A stretch of DNA of 64,000 bases from an uncultured Chloroflexia bacterium (GCA_963726245.1 CAVSBT010000027.1:58266-122265), one strand, 5' to 3'; positions 51,673 to 62,450 are shown, counted from the stretch's first letter. Notes: generated from the sequence alone by a model not told the origin. Program-made: numbers and translations.

Positions 51673-52594
51673 CTACATCGCCCGCAGGCGGCGGACGCGC
51701 TCCTCGATGGGGGGGTGGGTCGAGAAGAGGTTGTTCAAGAAGCTCTGGTGCTCGCGGTGGGGGTCGTTGATGTACAGGTGCGCCGTGGCCTTGTTGGCCA
51801 CCTCCAGGGGGTCGGTGTCGGCGCTGATCTTCTCCAGGGCGCTGGCCAGCCCCTCCGGGTAGCGGGTGAGGAGCGCGCCGGAGGCGTCGGCCAGGTACTC
51901 ACGCTGGCGGGAGATGGCCATGCGGATGAGCTGAGCGGCGATGGGGGTAAGGATCACCGCCACCAAGGCGATGCCGTAGATGATGAGGACGGCGGCGCCT
52001 CCGTCGCGGTCCCTGTTACTGCTTCGCCGACCGGCGCCGAAGATGGTGAGCCGGAGCGCGAAGTCGGCCATGAGCGCCACCAGGCCCACGAGGACGACGA
52101 CGATCGTCATCAGGCGGATGTCGTAGTTGCCGATGTGGGACAGCTCGTGGGCGATGACGCCCTCGAGCTCCAGGTGGTCCATCTTCTGAAGGAGGCCGCG
52201 GGTGACGGCGAGGGCCGCGTGCTGGGGGTCGCGACCGGTCGCGAAGGCGTTCGGGGAGCCGTCTTCGATCACGTAGACCTGGGGCATGGGCAGCCCGGCG
52301 CCGATGCAGAGGTTCTCGACGGTGCGGTAGAGCTCCGGCTCCTCTTCCTTGGTCACGGGGTGGGCCTGGGAGATGGCCAGGGCGACCCCGGACGAGCCGT
52401 AGTAGCTGAAGATGGCGAAGAGCAGGAAGGGGATGATGAGCAATGGGGCGTATGCGTAGCGGAAGCCCCAGGATGATGCCGATGGCGATGGACATCCCCG
52501 CCACCAAGGCCACGAATACCACCATCAGCAGGAACGTGTCGCGCCGGTTCTCGCCGATGCGGTCGTAGACGAGGGTGGGCTGCTCGCTAGCCAT
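51673..52594 (-). CDS. htpX: M48 zinc metalloprotease HtpX (frameshift near 52460)
   Basis: PNAFATGRDP, GVIAHELSH, SRQREYLAD, FSTHPP; follows lemA. Confidence 0.92.
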
Positions 52595-52602
52595 CGATGG
52601 CT

Positions 52603-53241
52603 TTAGGTCGCGGCCGGCGGCGGAGAGGCTGGCGGCTCAGCGGCCGGAGGTGGTGCGGGTGGCGCTCCAGCGGCCGGCGGCGTGAAGCTCACGTGCGGCA
52701 CCTCTCGCGCTGCCTCCTCCGCCTCGAAGAACTCGAAGGGCTGGAAGTTGAACATGCCGGCTATCATGACGTTGGGGAAGACCTGGATGCGGCTGTTGAA
52801 GTCGGTGACGTTGCGGTTGTAGAACTGGCGGGCGTAGGCGATCTTCTCCTCGATGTCCGTCAGCTCGTTCTGGAGGGCCAGGAAGTTCTCGCTGGCGCGT
52901 AGCTGAGGGTAGGCCTCGGCCACGGCGAAGAGGGAGCGTAGCGCCTGAGTGAGCTGGTTGTTGGCCTGGGCCGCCTCGGCCGGTCCGCCGGCCTGCTGGA
53001 GCATGGCGCGCGCGTTGGTGACGTTCTGGAAGGTCTCCCGCTCGTGGGAGGCGTAGCCTCTGACCGTCTCCACCAGGTTGGGCACGAGGTCGCCGCGCCG
53101 CTTGAGCTGCACGTCGATGCCGGACCAGGCCTCACGCGTTCGCATCCGGGAGCGAATGAGCCCGTTGTAGATGCCCAGCATCATCAGCGCCGCGAGGACA
53201 ATGATTCCCAGGATGACCAACAGTATGATGACCGCCGCCAT
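52603..53241 (-). CDS. lemA: LemA family protein
   Basis: YNGLI, IDVQLKRR.DLVPNLVE, AEAYPQLRA, ARQFYN, FPN. Confidence 0.95.
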   Translation of the reverse strand: MAAVIILLVILGIIVLAALMMLGIYNGLIRSRMRTREAWSGIDVQLKRRGDLVPNLVETVRGYASHERETFQNVTNARAMLQQAGGPAEAAQANNQLTQALRSLFAVAEAYPQLRASENFLALQNELTDIEEKIAYARQFYNRNVTDFNSRIQVFPNVMIAGMFNFQPFEFFEAEEAAREVPHVSFTPPAAGAPPAPPPAAEPPASPPPAAT

Positions 53242-53307
53242 TGCGTCCTCCTTGAGCACCGTTTCGGCCAGCCAATGTGCGCATTCTAACAGCGGCCCCC
53301 GTCTTTC

Positions 53308-54843
53308 TCAAGGTGGACGTGCTGCTTCATTGAAGGTGTTGATGTCTTGCTCTTCGGGGTCTTCGGAGCGTGCGTGTTGGCCCGAACAGGCCACGGGCGC
53401 GTCAGGGACCGACTCGGCTGGACGCACCTTGCGCCACAGGCTGATACCGTCATCGTAGCGCACCTCGTCGAATCCCAGGCGCGGCAGCGCTGCAAGGCAG
53501 TCCGCGTAGCCGGCCGCGAGGTCGTCGACAGGAATCGGACCTGCTTCGTCGAGGAGCACGACCTCCGCATTAAGCACCCGCGGGAACTGATACACGTGCC
53601 GTCGCTCCGAAAGGTGAGGGACGAATGGCGACTGGGCGCTGACGATGGCGTCCGACGGGACCTCCCGCACGAACCCCCGCGCAACCGCTGCGTGATGATC
53701 CACATCGAATCGCTCCAAGTCAGCGGCGAATGATGGAGGAAGCGGGGATCGGAGCAGCAATAGGAGAGCAGGGACCCCGACGATTACCGTTGGCCAGACG
53801 CGGCGACCATGGCGTGCGAACTTCTTGACCACCCAGTGTGGTCCGAGCGTGAGCGGACGCCCCTCCCGCATGCCGTCACGTACCGCGACGGCCGCGATCA
53901 GTATCGCCACGGTTGACGGGACGAGAAGGTAGTGGAGTTCGAGCGAACCTTGCGCTGGCTCTTTCGACAGCAGTGGGAGCAGCGTCACGACCGCGAGCGG
54001 AGGGAGCAAGCGCGGAACCAGGAGGGGCAACAGCGCTGACGATGCCAAGACGATCGCGACCGCCTCAAACGCCTCGATGCGAGCGAGCTGGGGCATCACG
54101 AGGTCGGGGCGTGCAACTACGCTCCAAAGGGCCTCGATGGGAGAGTCGCCAAGGTAACCGTATCGCTCGGCGAATGGATTGAGATTGGCGCCACGGAAGT
54201 GCGGGATGATGACGGCGGTCGCGAGGAGCCCGTAGACGATGGCTGCTGCCGCCACGCCCGCTGATGCCCGTTCTTGGAACGCAAACCAGGCAATCCAGCA
54301 CAACGCGAGCGCTAGCAACGCCCCATCCTCTCTGAGCGTGAGGATCAAGAGCGCGACGACGACGAAGACCGCGTGCCGCCGTTGGGCGAGACCCCATAGC
54401 GCGGCAAAGGCGAGGAGCGGCGCCAATGCCTCGAGGTGAAAGTCGAAGGAAACGGCACGAGCCGTGCCTAGTCCGAGTAGATATGCTCCAGCTAGTGCGC
54501 CCGCGCCCCCGCGCCCGGCCGCCTGCCGCACCGCGGCGTATAGCGGAATCGCCGCCGCCGCGAGGACGACGGCCTGCACCACCAGAAGTGGCTCCGGGCC
54601 AGCGCTGACCCACTTCACGGGGACGAGGACGAGCAGGAATGGTTGCCAGTGGTCACCGGCATACGAGATGTCGCGGAATGAGTACTCGAACAGTCGGCCG
54701 TGAGCAGTGTTCCACAGCGCCTGATTGATGAGTCCAAGGTCCCAACCATTTGAATGAAAGGAGCGGTGGATGAGGACGCTGCAAATCGCCCAATAGCCAG
54801 CGGCGAGGCTGGCGAGCACAGCCACGACACCGGCCTCGAGCAA
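53308..54843 (-). CDS. DUF2079 family membrane protein (GT-C-like); start may lie further upstream
   Basis: WDLGLINQALW, GDHWQP, FDFHLE, LRED, HY, PHLSER. Confidence 0.8.
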   Translation of the reverse strand: MLEAGVVAVLASLAAGYWAICSVLIHRSFHSNGWDLGLINQALWNTAHGRLFEYSFRDISYAGDHWQPFLLVLVPVKWVSAGPEPLLVVQAVVLAAAAIPLYAAVRQAAGRGGAGALAGAYLLGLGTARAVSFDFHLEALAPLLAFAALWGLAQRRHAVFVVVALLILTLREDGALLALALCWIAWFAFQERASAGVAAAAIVYGLLATAVIIPHFRGANLNPFAERYGYLGDSPIEALWSVVARPDLVMPQLARIEAFEAVAIVLASSALLPLLVPRLLPPLAVVTLLPLLSKEPAQGSLELHYLLVPSTVAILIAAVAVRDGMREGRPLTLGPHWVVKKFARHGRRVWPTVIVGVPALLLLLRSPLPPSFAADLERFDVDHHAAVARGFVREVPSDAIVSAQSPFVPHLSERRHVYQFPRVLNAEVVLLDEAGPIPVDDLAAGYADCLAALPRLGFDEVRYDDGISLWRKVRPAESVPDAPVACSGQHARSEDPEEQDINTFNEAARPP

Positions 54844-54937
54844 GCGGACGTGGCGTCGTTCTCGTTGCGCCTGGATGCTCTCGATCGCGACCTCCAGAAC
54901 TGCCCCTCTGTGCCTGCCTGAATTCAGACGCGAAGCG

Positions 54938-56125
54938 TCACATTATCCCACGTCTGCTGTACAGCATGCTGAGGATCGGCGGCACGACCAGGGTCGTGGC
55001 GACGCTCATGAAGACGACGGAGCTGAACACGTCCGTCCCGACCGCGCCCTCGGCGAGGGCGACGCTGGCTACGACGAAGCCGATCTCGCCCCTCGGCACC
55101 ATGCCGACACCCAGGATTAGCATGGAGCGCCTTCCCAGGCCGTAGCCGCCCGCCGCGCAGCCGACAAGCTTTCCCAGTATCGCCAGGCCCGTGATGACCA
55201 GCGCCAGCCCTATGGTGCCGCCGTGGAAGACGCTCAGGTCCACCTTCGCGCCCGTGAGGACGAAGAAGAAAGGCACCAGGAACTCGTATATAGGCTGAAT
55301 GCGCCTCTCCAACTGGAGCTGCTCGCGCGACTCGGCCAGTATCATGCCGGCCAGGAAGGCGCCGATGATGCCGGCCAGACCCAGTTCGCTTGCGGCCGCC
55401 GAGAGCCCCAGCATGAGGGCCAGCGCGACGAGCAGCGGCGCGTTGGCTATCTGAAGCCGCTCGAGATGCAGGCTGTATCGTCGCACGACACGGGTACCGA
55501 CCAGGGCGGTGAAGGCGACGAAGGCCACGGCGACGGCGGCCGTCGCCAGCACCTTCCCTGCCTCCACACCGCCCTCCCGGCCCAATTGAGTCACCGCCGT
55601 TAGCACCAGCAACGCCAGGATGTCGTCGGCCACGGCGGCGCCGAGGATGATGCGGGCCTCCCTGGAAGCGAGCACTCCCAGGTCGCGGAGGACGCGGGCC
55701 GTGATCCCTACGCTGGTGGCGACCAGCGCGGCCCCGACGAAGAAAGCTTCAGTGTTGGCGTGGCCGGTCAGGGCCATGTAGGCGGTCCCGAGGGCGAAGG
55801 GGAACGCCACTCCCAGCACGGCTACCGCAAGGGATCGCGCACCGACCCGCAGGAGCTCGTCGAGGCGCGTCTCCAGGCCGACGGAGAAGAGGAGCACCAC
55901 CAGGCCCAGTTCGGCCATGACGTCGTAGACGAAGGTCAGGCCCTCATGCGAGTCCAGCAGAGGTACGTCAATCAGCCTCAGGGCGTGCGGTCCGATGGCC
56001 ACGCCGACCAGCAGCTCGCCGATAACCGTCGGCTGCCGGATGCGCTGGAACACCTCGGCGGCCGCCTTGGCCAGCACGAAGATGAAGAAGAAGTCCAGGA
56101 GTACGCTGGCTGTATCGTGCATCAC
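54938..56125 (-). CDS. Cation:proton antiporter (CPA2)
   Basis: QPTVIGELLVG, LLFSVGLE, ATSVGIT, GAAVADD, GAFLAG, GMVPRGE. Confidence 0.92.
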   Translation of the reverse strand: MMHDTASVLLDFFFIFVLAKAAAEVFQRIRQPTVIGELLVGVAIGPHALRLIDVPLLDSHEGLTFVYDVMAELGLVVLLFSVGLETRLDELLRVGARSLAVAVLGVAFPFALGTAYMALTGHANTEAFFVGAALVATSVGITARVLRDLGVLASREARIILGAAVADDILALLVLTAVTQLGREGGVEAGKVLATAAVAVAFVAFTALVGTRVVRRYSLHLERLQIANAPLLVALALMLGLSAAASELGLAGIIGAFLAGMILAESREQLQLERRIQPIYEFLVPFFFVLTGAKVDLSVFHGGTIGLALVITGLAILGKLVGCAAGGYGLGRRSMLILGVGMVPRGEIGFVVASVALAEGAVGTDVFSSVVFMSVATTLVVPPILSMLYSRRGIM

Positions 56126-56157
56126 AAAAAGAGAGGAGTCCTTGACAGACTCCTCCC
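56126..56157 (-). terminator. Terminator-like hairpin directly upstream of the antiporter start codon
   Basis: GGGAGGAGTC-TGTCAAG-GACTCCTCTC-TTTTT then GTG ATG. Confidence 0.65.
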
Positions 56158-56243
56158 ATCCGGGGCGGCGCCCCGTCGCTATGTACTTCCACTAAATCAT
56201 CGGTTGGCGAGGTCCGCCCGTCAAGGCCCAGGCTATCGCAAAG

Positions 56244-56300
56244 GTAGCGGAAGGCTTCAGCCTTCCACGGTGGCCGTGGAGGGCTAAAGCCCTCCGCTAC
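56244..56300. repeat. GTAG-type REP doublet
   Basis: GTAGCGGAAGGCTTCAGCCTTCC...GGAGGGCTAAAGCCCTCCGCTAC inverted pair. Confidence 0.65.
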
Positions 56301-56429
56301 ACCGCTGTCGTGCTGGCCCAGGACAGAGCTGAAGCTCTGTCCCTACGGATTGGCTGCGTGCGCGCCCAAAGCGGGGGGCCGGTCCCCCGGACCGGCCCCA
56401 AACGCCTTTGTGGCTAGCTGAAGTGCCTA

Positions 56430-57681
56430 CTAGTAGTTCTCGCGCTCCCAGGCGGCGGCGTAGCCCATGCCCAGACCCTGGCAGAGCGTGGTCAGCGCCC
56501 AGCGACCGCCGCTAGCCTTGAGCTGGCGACCAGCGGTCATGATCAGGCGGGGGCCCGTCCCACCGAGCGGGTGTCCGATGGCGATGGCGCCGCCCCAGGG
56601 GTTGATGCGCTCGATCATCTTGTCGGACAGCTTGAACTCGTTGACCATGTAGTTGACGACGCAGGCGAAAGCCTCATTGATCTCGATCACGTCGAAGTCT
56701 TCCATCTTCATGCCGGTGCGCTTGAGCAGCTTCTCAGTCGCCCAGCGCGGCCCGATTCCCATCACGTCCGGGTCGACGCCGATCGTCGCCGAGTGGCGGT
56801 AGGTCAGCATCGGCTTCCAGCCGCGTTCCTTGGCGATCTCCTTCGTCGTGACCAGGCAGATGGTGGCGCCGTCGTTCTGGGGGCAGGAGTTGCCGGCGGT
56901 GACCACGCCATCCGGCTTCAAGGCTCCACGGAGCTGGCTCAGGGCCTCCAGGTTGGTCTCCCGTCGCGGGCCCTGGTCCTTGCTTATCGTCTCGCTGCTG
57001 CCGTCCTTGTATTTGATGGTGATCGGCAGGATCTCGTCGTCGAACCGGCCGGCGTCCTGCGAGGCGACGGCGAGCTGCTGGCTGCGGAGAGCCCACTCAT
57101 CCGCTTCCTTGCGGGTGACGTTGTAGCGGGCGTGCAGGTTCTCGGCCGTCCAGAGCATGTTGAAGATCTGCCCGTTCTTGACCGTGTACCACGGCGCCAG
57201 GAGCTCCGCGTCTTTCCACTCCGGCGGGTACGGCGTGTCCGACTTGGGCGGCATGAGCTGAGCCATCAGCCCGCCGCCCGCCACCCCGGCCATCTCCTCG
57301 GGGCTCACAACGCCGGCGCGGCCCATCGTCTCGATGCCGGCGGCGAGGATGATGTCCGCGGAGCCAGCCATCACCCTCTCGCACGACTCGACCGTGGTGT
57401 GCAGGCCGCTCGCGCACTGCGTGTTGACGTCCGATCCCCAGATATTGTCGCCGAAGCCGGCTTCGAACAGATACTGCCGGCACTTGCTCATGGGGGTGAC
57501 CAGGCCGGCCGAGCCGACGTGGAACTCGTCGATGTCCTTGGGGTCCAGTTTGTTGCGCTTCAGGATGTGCGAGAATCAATGGGACCATCAGCTCGCTGTG
57601 GGTGATTGCCTTGAGGACTCCCCTTCGGCCGGCGCGACCGAACGGCGTCCGCACGCCGTCAATGATTACCGCTTCTCTCAT
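56430..57681 (-). CDS. Thiolase (acetyl-CoA C-acyltransferase), frameshift near 57570
   Basis: IIDGVRTPFG, NTQCASG, VTAGNS, EINEAFA, GHPLG, TLCQGLGMG. Confidence 0.92.
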
Positions 57682-57700
57682 AGTGAGTACTCCTCCTTGG

Positions 57701-57744
57701 TGCTGAATTGATGCTGAATGGGTACTGAGTTGATGCTGATTGTT
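57701..57744. repeat. Four 11-bp-period direct repeats upstream of the thiolase gene
   Basis: TGCTGAATTGA / TGCTGAATGGG / TACTGAGTTGA / TGCTGATTGTT. Confidence 0.75.
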
Positions 57745-57780
57745 AGACCGCCAATAAGCTAACCTAATTGGATCGAGTGG

Positions 57781-58248
57781 TCAATTGTCCGGTCTCATCG
57801 TGACTGGCTCGTCATTGGCTAGTAATCCTGAAGTCGGGTGAGCCCAGCCCAGCGTTAGATGGGGTCGTGACGGCTCGGATGTCTGTTCCTCCTCACCCTC
57901 GCCGGCGGCCGCCTCAGCCGCCTTCTTGAGGTTCGATAGGCCTTCGGCCAGCGCCAACTGGTAGCCGATGTCGTAGCGGCCGAAGGTGATGGTCCGCATC
58001 AGGCTATAGCGGAACCCTTGTGGCTCCATGCGGGCTACCACCTCCACGTAAGCATCTCGGGGGATGAGCGTGTAGGTGATGACCGCCTCGACGCCCTTCT
58101 GCAACTCCACCCGCACGGCCAGCTCCTGCTCCTCGAGCGAACGCTCGACCGTGTGGCTGCCCGGCGGGGCCTGCGCCAGCTCGCGCGTCAGCTCACGCCA
58201 GATGACCGCCGGTTCGGCGTTAATGGCGAAGGCCTTCTCGAGCGTCAT
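57781..58248 (-). CDS. Hypothetical protein (SRPBCC/START-like)
   Basis: INAEPAVIW at the N-terminus, LSNLKKAAE C-terminal helix; ATGA-coupled to the upstream gene. Confidence 0.6.
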   Translation of the reverse strand: MTLEKAFAINAEPAVIWRELTRELAQAPPGSHTVERSLEEQELAVRVELQKGVEAVITYTLIPRDAYVEVVARMEPQGFRYSLMRTITFGRYDIGYQLALAEGLSNLKKAAEAAAGEGEEEQTSEPSRPHLTLGWAHPTSGLLANDEPVTMRPDN

Positions 58249-59708
58249 GTCTGGCCCAACCGAGCGAGCTTCTCATGGTAGTGCGCCACGTGCGCCACCG
58301 CGCGAACGGCGCGCTCCAGCGTGGGATAGGACAGGACGCCCATCTCCAGATAGCTGTCGCGGATCTCCCGTCTCCCCTTCTCGGCGTCCAGCATCTCCAG
58401 CTCGTCGCCGCCGATGGGCAGGACGATGACCACCGGCTTCCCATACTTGTCTCTGACCTTCGGCGCCACTTCGACCAGGGCGCGAACGGCGGCGGGCCTC
58501 TGCTCGGGGGGTGGGCCCAGCTTGCCGGTCAGGACGTAGTACATGGCCTGGGTGGCGATAACCGTGTCGATGTTGTCAGCCGAGGCGACGGCTTCGACGA
58601 CCGTCTCGAAGACGTTGGGGAACACGATGGGCGTGCCGAGGTCCACGGGGTTCCTGAAGGCGGCGCCGGCGGGAGGAAGGACGCTCCGCAGCCTCTCCTG
58701 GATGTCATGGCTCAGGGGAGGGACCTCCAGGCCGGCGCGGTCGCAGGCGTCGGCGGCGGCGACGCTGACACCTCCTCCGCCGCCCACTATCCCCACGCGG
58801 CGTCCGGTGGCCGGCGGCAGGTTGAGGAAGGCGACAGCGGCGTCGGCCAGCTCCTCGAGGCTGTTGACGCGCCGGGCGGCGGTCTGGCGGAAGAGGGCCT
58901 CCCAGATGGCCTCCTCGCCGGCCAGCGACGCGGTGTGGGAGTAGACGGCCCTGGCGCCGGCGCTCGTGAGCCCGGCCTTCCAGATGAGAACCGGCTTCTC
59001 CCGCGCCACCTCGTCGACGAGTCGCAGGAAGCGCCTGCCCTGGCGTGGCCCCTCCAGGTACATGGTGATGATCCGCGTCTTGGGGTCCTGGGCCATGTAC
59101 TCCAGCAGGTCCGACTCGTTCACGTCGCAGGCGTTGCCGTAGCTGACTACCTTGCTGAAGCGGATGCCTGCGCCCCTGGCCAGCCGCCCGAACTCGACGG
59201 CGTGGCCGCCGCTCTGGCTGATGAAGGCGACAGGGCCGCTCTCGCGGGGGAAGTCGCCGCCCGGCAGGAGGGTGTGGCCGCCTTCGGGGCAGTAGACGCC
59301 GAAGCAGTTGGGCCCGATGATGCGGATGCCCCTCTTGGCCAGCGCCTTCAGCTCCTCTTCGAGCAGCCTCCCCTGCTCCTCGTGGGTCTCAGCGAATCCC
59401 GAGGTGAAGATCTGAGCCGCCCTCACTCCCTTCGCCAGGCAGTCCTCTAGCACCTGTGGCACCAGGCGGGCCGGCACCATAATGTCGGCCATGTCGACAG
59501 GTTCCGGGATGTCCTGGACGCTGGGGTACATCTTGAGGCCCAGGATCTCGCTGCCCTTGGGGTTCACGGGGTAGATGGGACCACGGTAGCCGAAGTCGAG
59601 GAGGGCCTGGAGGAAACGGCCGCCGAACTTCGCCTCGCTGGTCGAGGCGCCGATGACGGCTATGGACTGGGGGCAGAAGAGGGGCTCCAGCTCGTCAAGC
59701 TTCTCCAT
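58245..59708 (-). CDS. CoA-binding protein / ADP-forming acyl-CoA synthetase alpha-like subunit
   Basis: PQSIAVIGAS, YPVNP, SGFAE, IIGPNCFG, SQSGG, SHTASLAG, NPVD. Confidence 0.9.
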   Translation of the reverse strand: MEKLDELEPLFCPQSIAVIGASTSEAKFGGRFLQALLDFGYRGPIYPVNPKGSEILGLKMYPSVQDIPEPVDMADIMVPARLVPQVLEDCLAKGVRAAQIFTSGFAETHEEQGRLLEEELKALAKRGIRIIGPNCFGVYCPEGGHTLLPGGDFPRESGPVAFISQSGGHAVEFGRLARGAGIRFSKVVSYGNACDVNESDLLEYMAQDPKTRIITMYLEGPRQGRRFLRLVDEVAREKPVLIWKAGLTSAGARAVYSHTASLAGEEAIWEALFRQTAARRVNSLEELADAAVAFLNLPPATGRRVGIVGGGGGVSVAAADACDRAGLEVPPLSHDIQERLRSVLPPAGAAFRNPVDLGTPIVFPNVFETVVEAVASADNIDTVIATQAMYYVLTGKLGPPPEQRPAAVRALVEVAPKVRDKYGKPVVIVLPIGGDELEMLDAEKGRREIRDSYLEMGVLSYPTLERAVRAVAHVAHYHEKLARLGQT

Positions 59709-59954
59709 GAGGCGCCTTCGCTGTCTCCCCCTTGCTATGCTGCCGGGGTCCCGGCGGCACAGCCGGTTAGAGGGTAAACGTCGGCGGCGAAAGGGGCAAC
59801 CCTTCGACCCTTCGGCTCAGGTCGCTCAGCGGTCAGGCAACGGGTTCAGCCGGCTGCGACGAGGTTCGAGGTGGGTTGGACTCAGACCGTCCCCAGTCAT
59901 AGGATGGCGGCGGGCTTTCGCACCGCTTTCGAACACTAACCGGAGGTACTGACA

Positions 59955-60766
59955 GTGCCCACCGCGACGGTCAACGGCGTTCGTCTCTACTATGAGCTCC
60001 ACGGCGATTCCGGCGAGCCGCTGGTCCTCGTCCACGGCTTCACCGGCGACGTCACCGACTGGCGCCACCAGCTACCGGAGTTCTCCCGGACCCACCGCGT
60101 GCTGGCGATGGACCTGCGCGGGCATGGCCGCTCGGAGGCGACCAAGGACCGCTCGTCCTACACCGTCGAGCAGAGGCTAACGACGTGGAGGCGCTCATCG
60201 ACCACGCCGGCCTCGAGCGCTACCACCTGCTCGGCCACTCGATGGGCGGTGCCATCGTGCAGGAGATCGCCCTCCACAGCCCGCAGAGGCTGCTCTCGCT
60301 GACGCTGGAGGACAGCTCTTACAGGTTCCCCATGATGTCCGACCCGGCTGTGGAGGAGTGGTGGAGGACACGCATGGCCCTGGCGGAGGCCGGCAAGATG
60401 GCCGAGCTGGCCGATCTACCGCCGCCCGTGCCGCCGCCGCCGCACATGCCCGCCGAACGCCTCGAGGAGACAAGGGTGCGCCTCTCCAGGATGTCCCCCG
60501 ACGCCTTCGTCGGCGCCTTCGCGGGCCTGGTGGGCTGGCCGGGGTCGAAGGACCGCGCCGCCGCCATCTCGACGCCGACCCTCGTCATCTACGGCGACCT
60601 GGACGCTCCCGCGCTGATCTACGGCTCGACCCGGCTCGCCGAGCTCATCCCCAACGCCCGCGTCGAGGTCATACCGGAGACGGCCCACTCGCCGCAGTGG
60701 GAGCGGCCGGAGCTCTTCAACCGCGCCCTCCGCCATCACCTGGAGGCGAACGCGGCGCGCCCGTAG
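59955..60766 (+). CDS. Alpha/beta hydrolase (frameshift near 60175)
   Basis: LVHG, DLRGHGRS, GHSMGG, PTLVIYGDLD, AHSPQWERP. Confidence 0.9.
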
Positions 60767-60790
60767 GGGCGGTTCGCGAGCCGCCCCTAC
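60763..60790. repeat. GTAG-type REP palindrome between convergent genes
   Basis: GTAGGGGCGG-TTCGCGAG-CCGCCCCTAC. Confidence 0.8.
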
Positions 60791-61203
60791 TCCCCCATGA
60801 TCTGCACGACGATGTCGCGGTGGCGGGGGCGGATGTCGAAGTCCACGTAGACTATCTGCTGCCAGGTCCCCAGCGTCAGCCGCCCATCCACGAAGGGGAC
60901 GGAGAGGGAGGCGCCGAGCAGCGCGGCGCGCACGTGCGAGTGGCCGTTGCCGTCGCCCCAGCGTTCGTTGTGGCGGTAGTTGCGGTCGGGCGGCGCCACC
61001 TCGTCGAACACCTGCTGCAGGTCGGCCACGGCGCCGGGCTCGAACTCGATGGTGGTGAGGCCGCTCGTGGAGCCGGGGCAGAAGAGGGTGACGGTGCCCG
61101 ACTTCAGGCCCGACTGGGCGACGGCGCGGGCCACGGCGTCGGTGATGTCGTGGGTGTCGGCGTTGCCGCGCGTCTGCAGCGAGAGCTTGATGCTGATCAC
61201 CAT
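60787..61203 (-). CDS. YjbQ family (secondary thiamine-phosphate synthase) protein
   Basis: HDIT, GSTSGLTTIE, YRHN, NGHSHVRAALLG, LGTWQQI. Confidence 0.92.
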   Translation of the reverse strand: MVISIKLSLQTRGNADTHDITDAVARAVAQSGLKSGTVTLFCPGSTSGLTTIEFEPGAVADLQQVFDEVAPPDRNYRHNERWGDGNGHSHVRAALLGASLSVPFVDGRLTLGTWQQIVYVDFDIRPRHRDIVVQIMGE

Positions 61204-61379
61204 GCCTGTCACCTCGCGAGGAAGTTGGGCTTTCGAATCGATGTTAGCACCTCGTGGCCGGGCGAGGGGAGTTGCACGGGCGGCGGAACGGCCGGGCGCT
61301 CTGGCGACGTTGGGTGGGGAGGGGAGGTAGATGCGGGTACGATGATATGTGGTATATTGGCTTGATGAGATAATGAGGG

Positions 61380-62450
61380 TTTTGTGGTGAGGAGTGTAAG
61401 GCGCTGGAGCGACTTCGCATCAGGCGCTACGCGGCGCTGCCTGCCGCGGCTGCGGTGGCAGTCATCGCGCTTTCCTTTGTGACCGGCTGACCCTGTTTGG
61501 TCAACCGACCGCAGCTCGCTTGGCGCGGGAGCTCTCCTCTGCGTGCTGGTTTGCTGGTCGATATCACGGGTTGGCCCTGTGGTTCCTCCACAGCGCCTGA
61601 AGTGGGACTGGAGACGGACGCGTTGGGTCTCAGAGGCACTCCCCATGCGGCACCCGCGCTACGTGGGCTGATTGCCGAGTTGGCCGGCTTGTGCAATCCT
61701 AGGTTAGGGGCTGGGTTCTGCCGCTGCGGTGGCGGTACCGTCGGTGCTGTGGCTGTCCGCGAAGGAAAAAGAGAGGCAAGTCCTGGGCAGCGACGAGCGC
61801 GCCGCCTTGGAGTCCGTTCGCGACCGCCGGCCCTGCGCCGCCGTCCTAACGGCCGCGGTCTGCTGGGCGCGCCCGGACTTCGCTATCTGCTCATCGCTTT
61901 CCACCGCGAGATGGGGCTGTGCAAATCGGACAGAGACGGCGCGGACGCTGGTGCTTTATGTAGGGGGGGCGCGGGAACATGGGGCATCCTGACACAGTCC
62001 TTTACGCTGTCTGATGCAGATGTAGCTTCCAGCTATCGACCAGCTGGCCCGACAGCGGGCGTGCGCTGGCCGCTGCTGTGTAGCCTAGGCTTTTGGCGGT
62101 CGGTAATCTAGACGTGTTCTCGTGGCACGGAGCGCGGACTGGATTGCACACATCCGGGGCGCGGAGCAGCCCTTGTGACGTGGCATTGCTCTGGGCGGTG
62201 TCGGCAGCGGTGGGAGGGCTGCCCTCAGCGACGGCAACGTACACCTGACGCTGATGGCCACTCTAGAAGATGGATGTGCAGTGGCTCAGCCTCGTCCTGG
62301 GGAGCCATGGCTGCGCGTTTGGCCCGGCAACTCGACGTGACATGATCGGGCGGCGCGCTGTGGAATTCCCGAGGCTGGTCGACAGGAGACTGCTCATGCG
62401 ATACCCTGACGGTGCGCCAGCGCCTCGAGAGATGGTGCCACGCACAGTGG
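61380..62450 (+). other. Probable membrane-protein gene, heavily fragmented or low-accuracy sequence
   Basis: Hydrophobic peptide fragments in shifting frames, no long ORF, lower GC than flanks. Confidence 0.3.
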
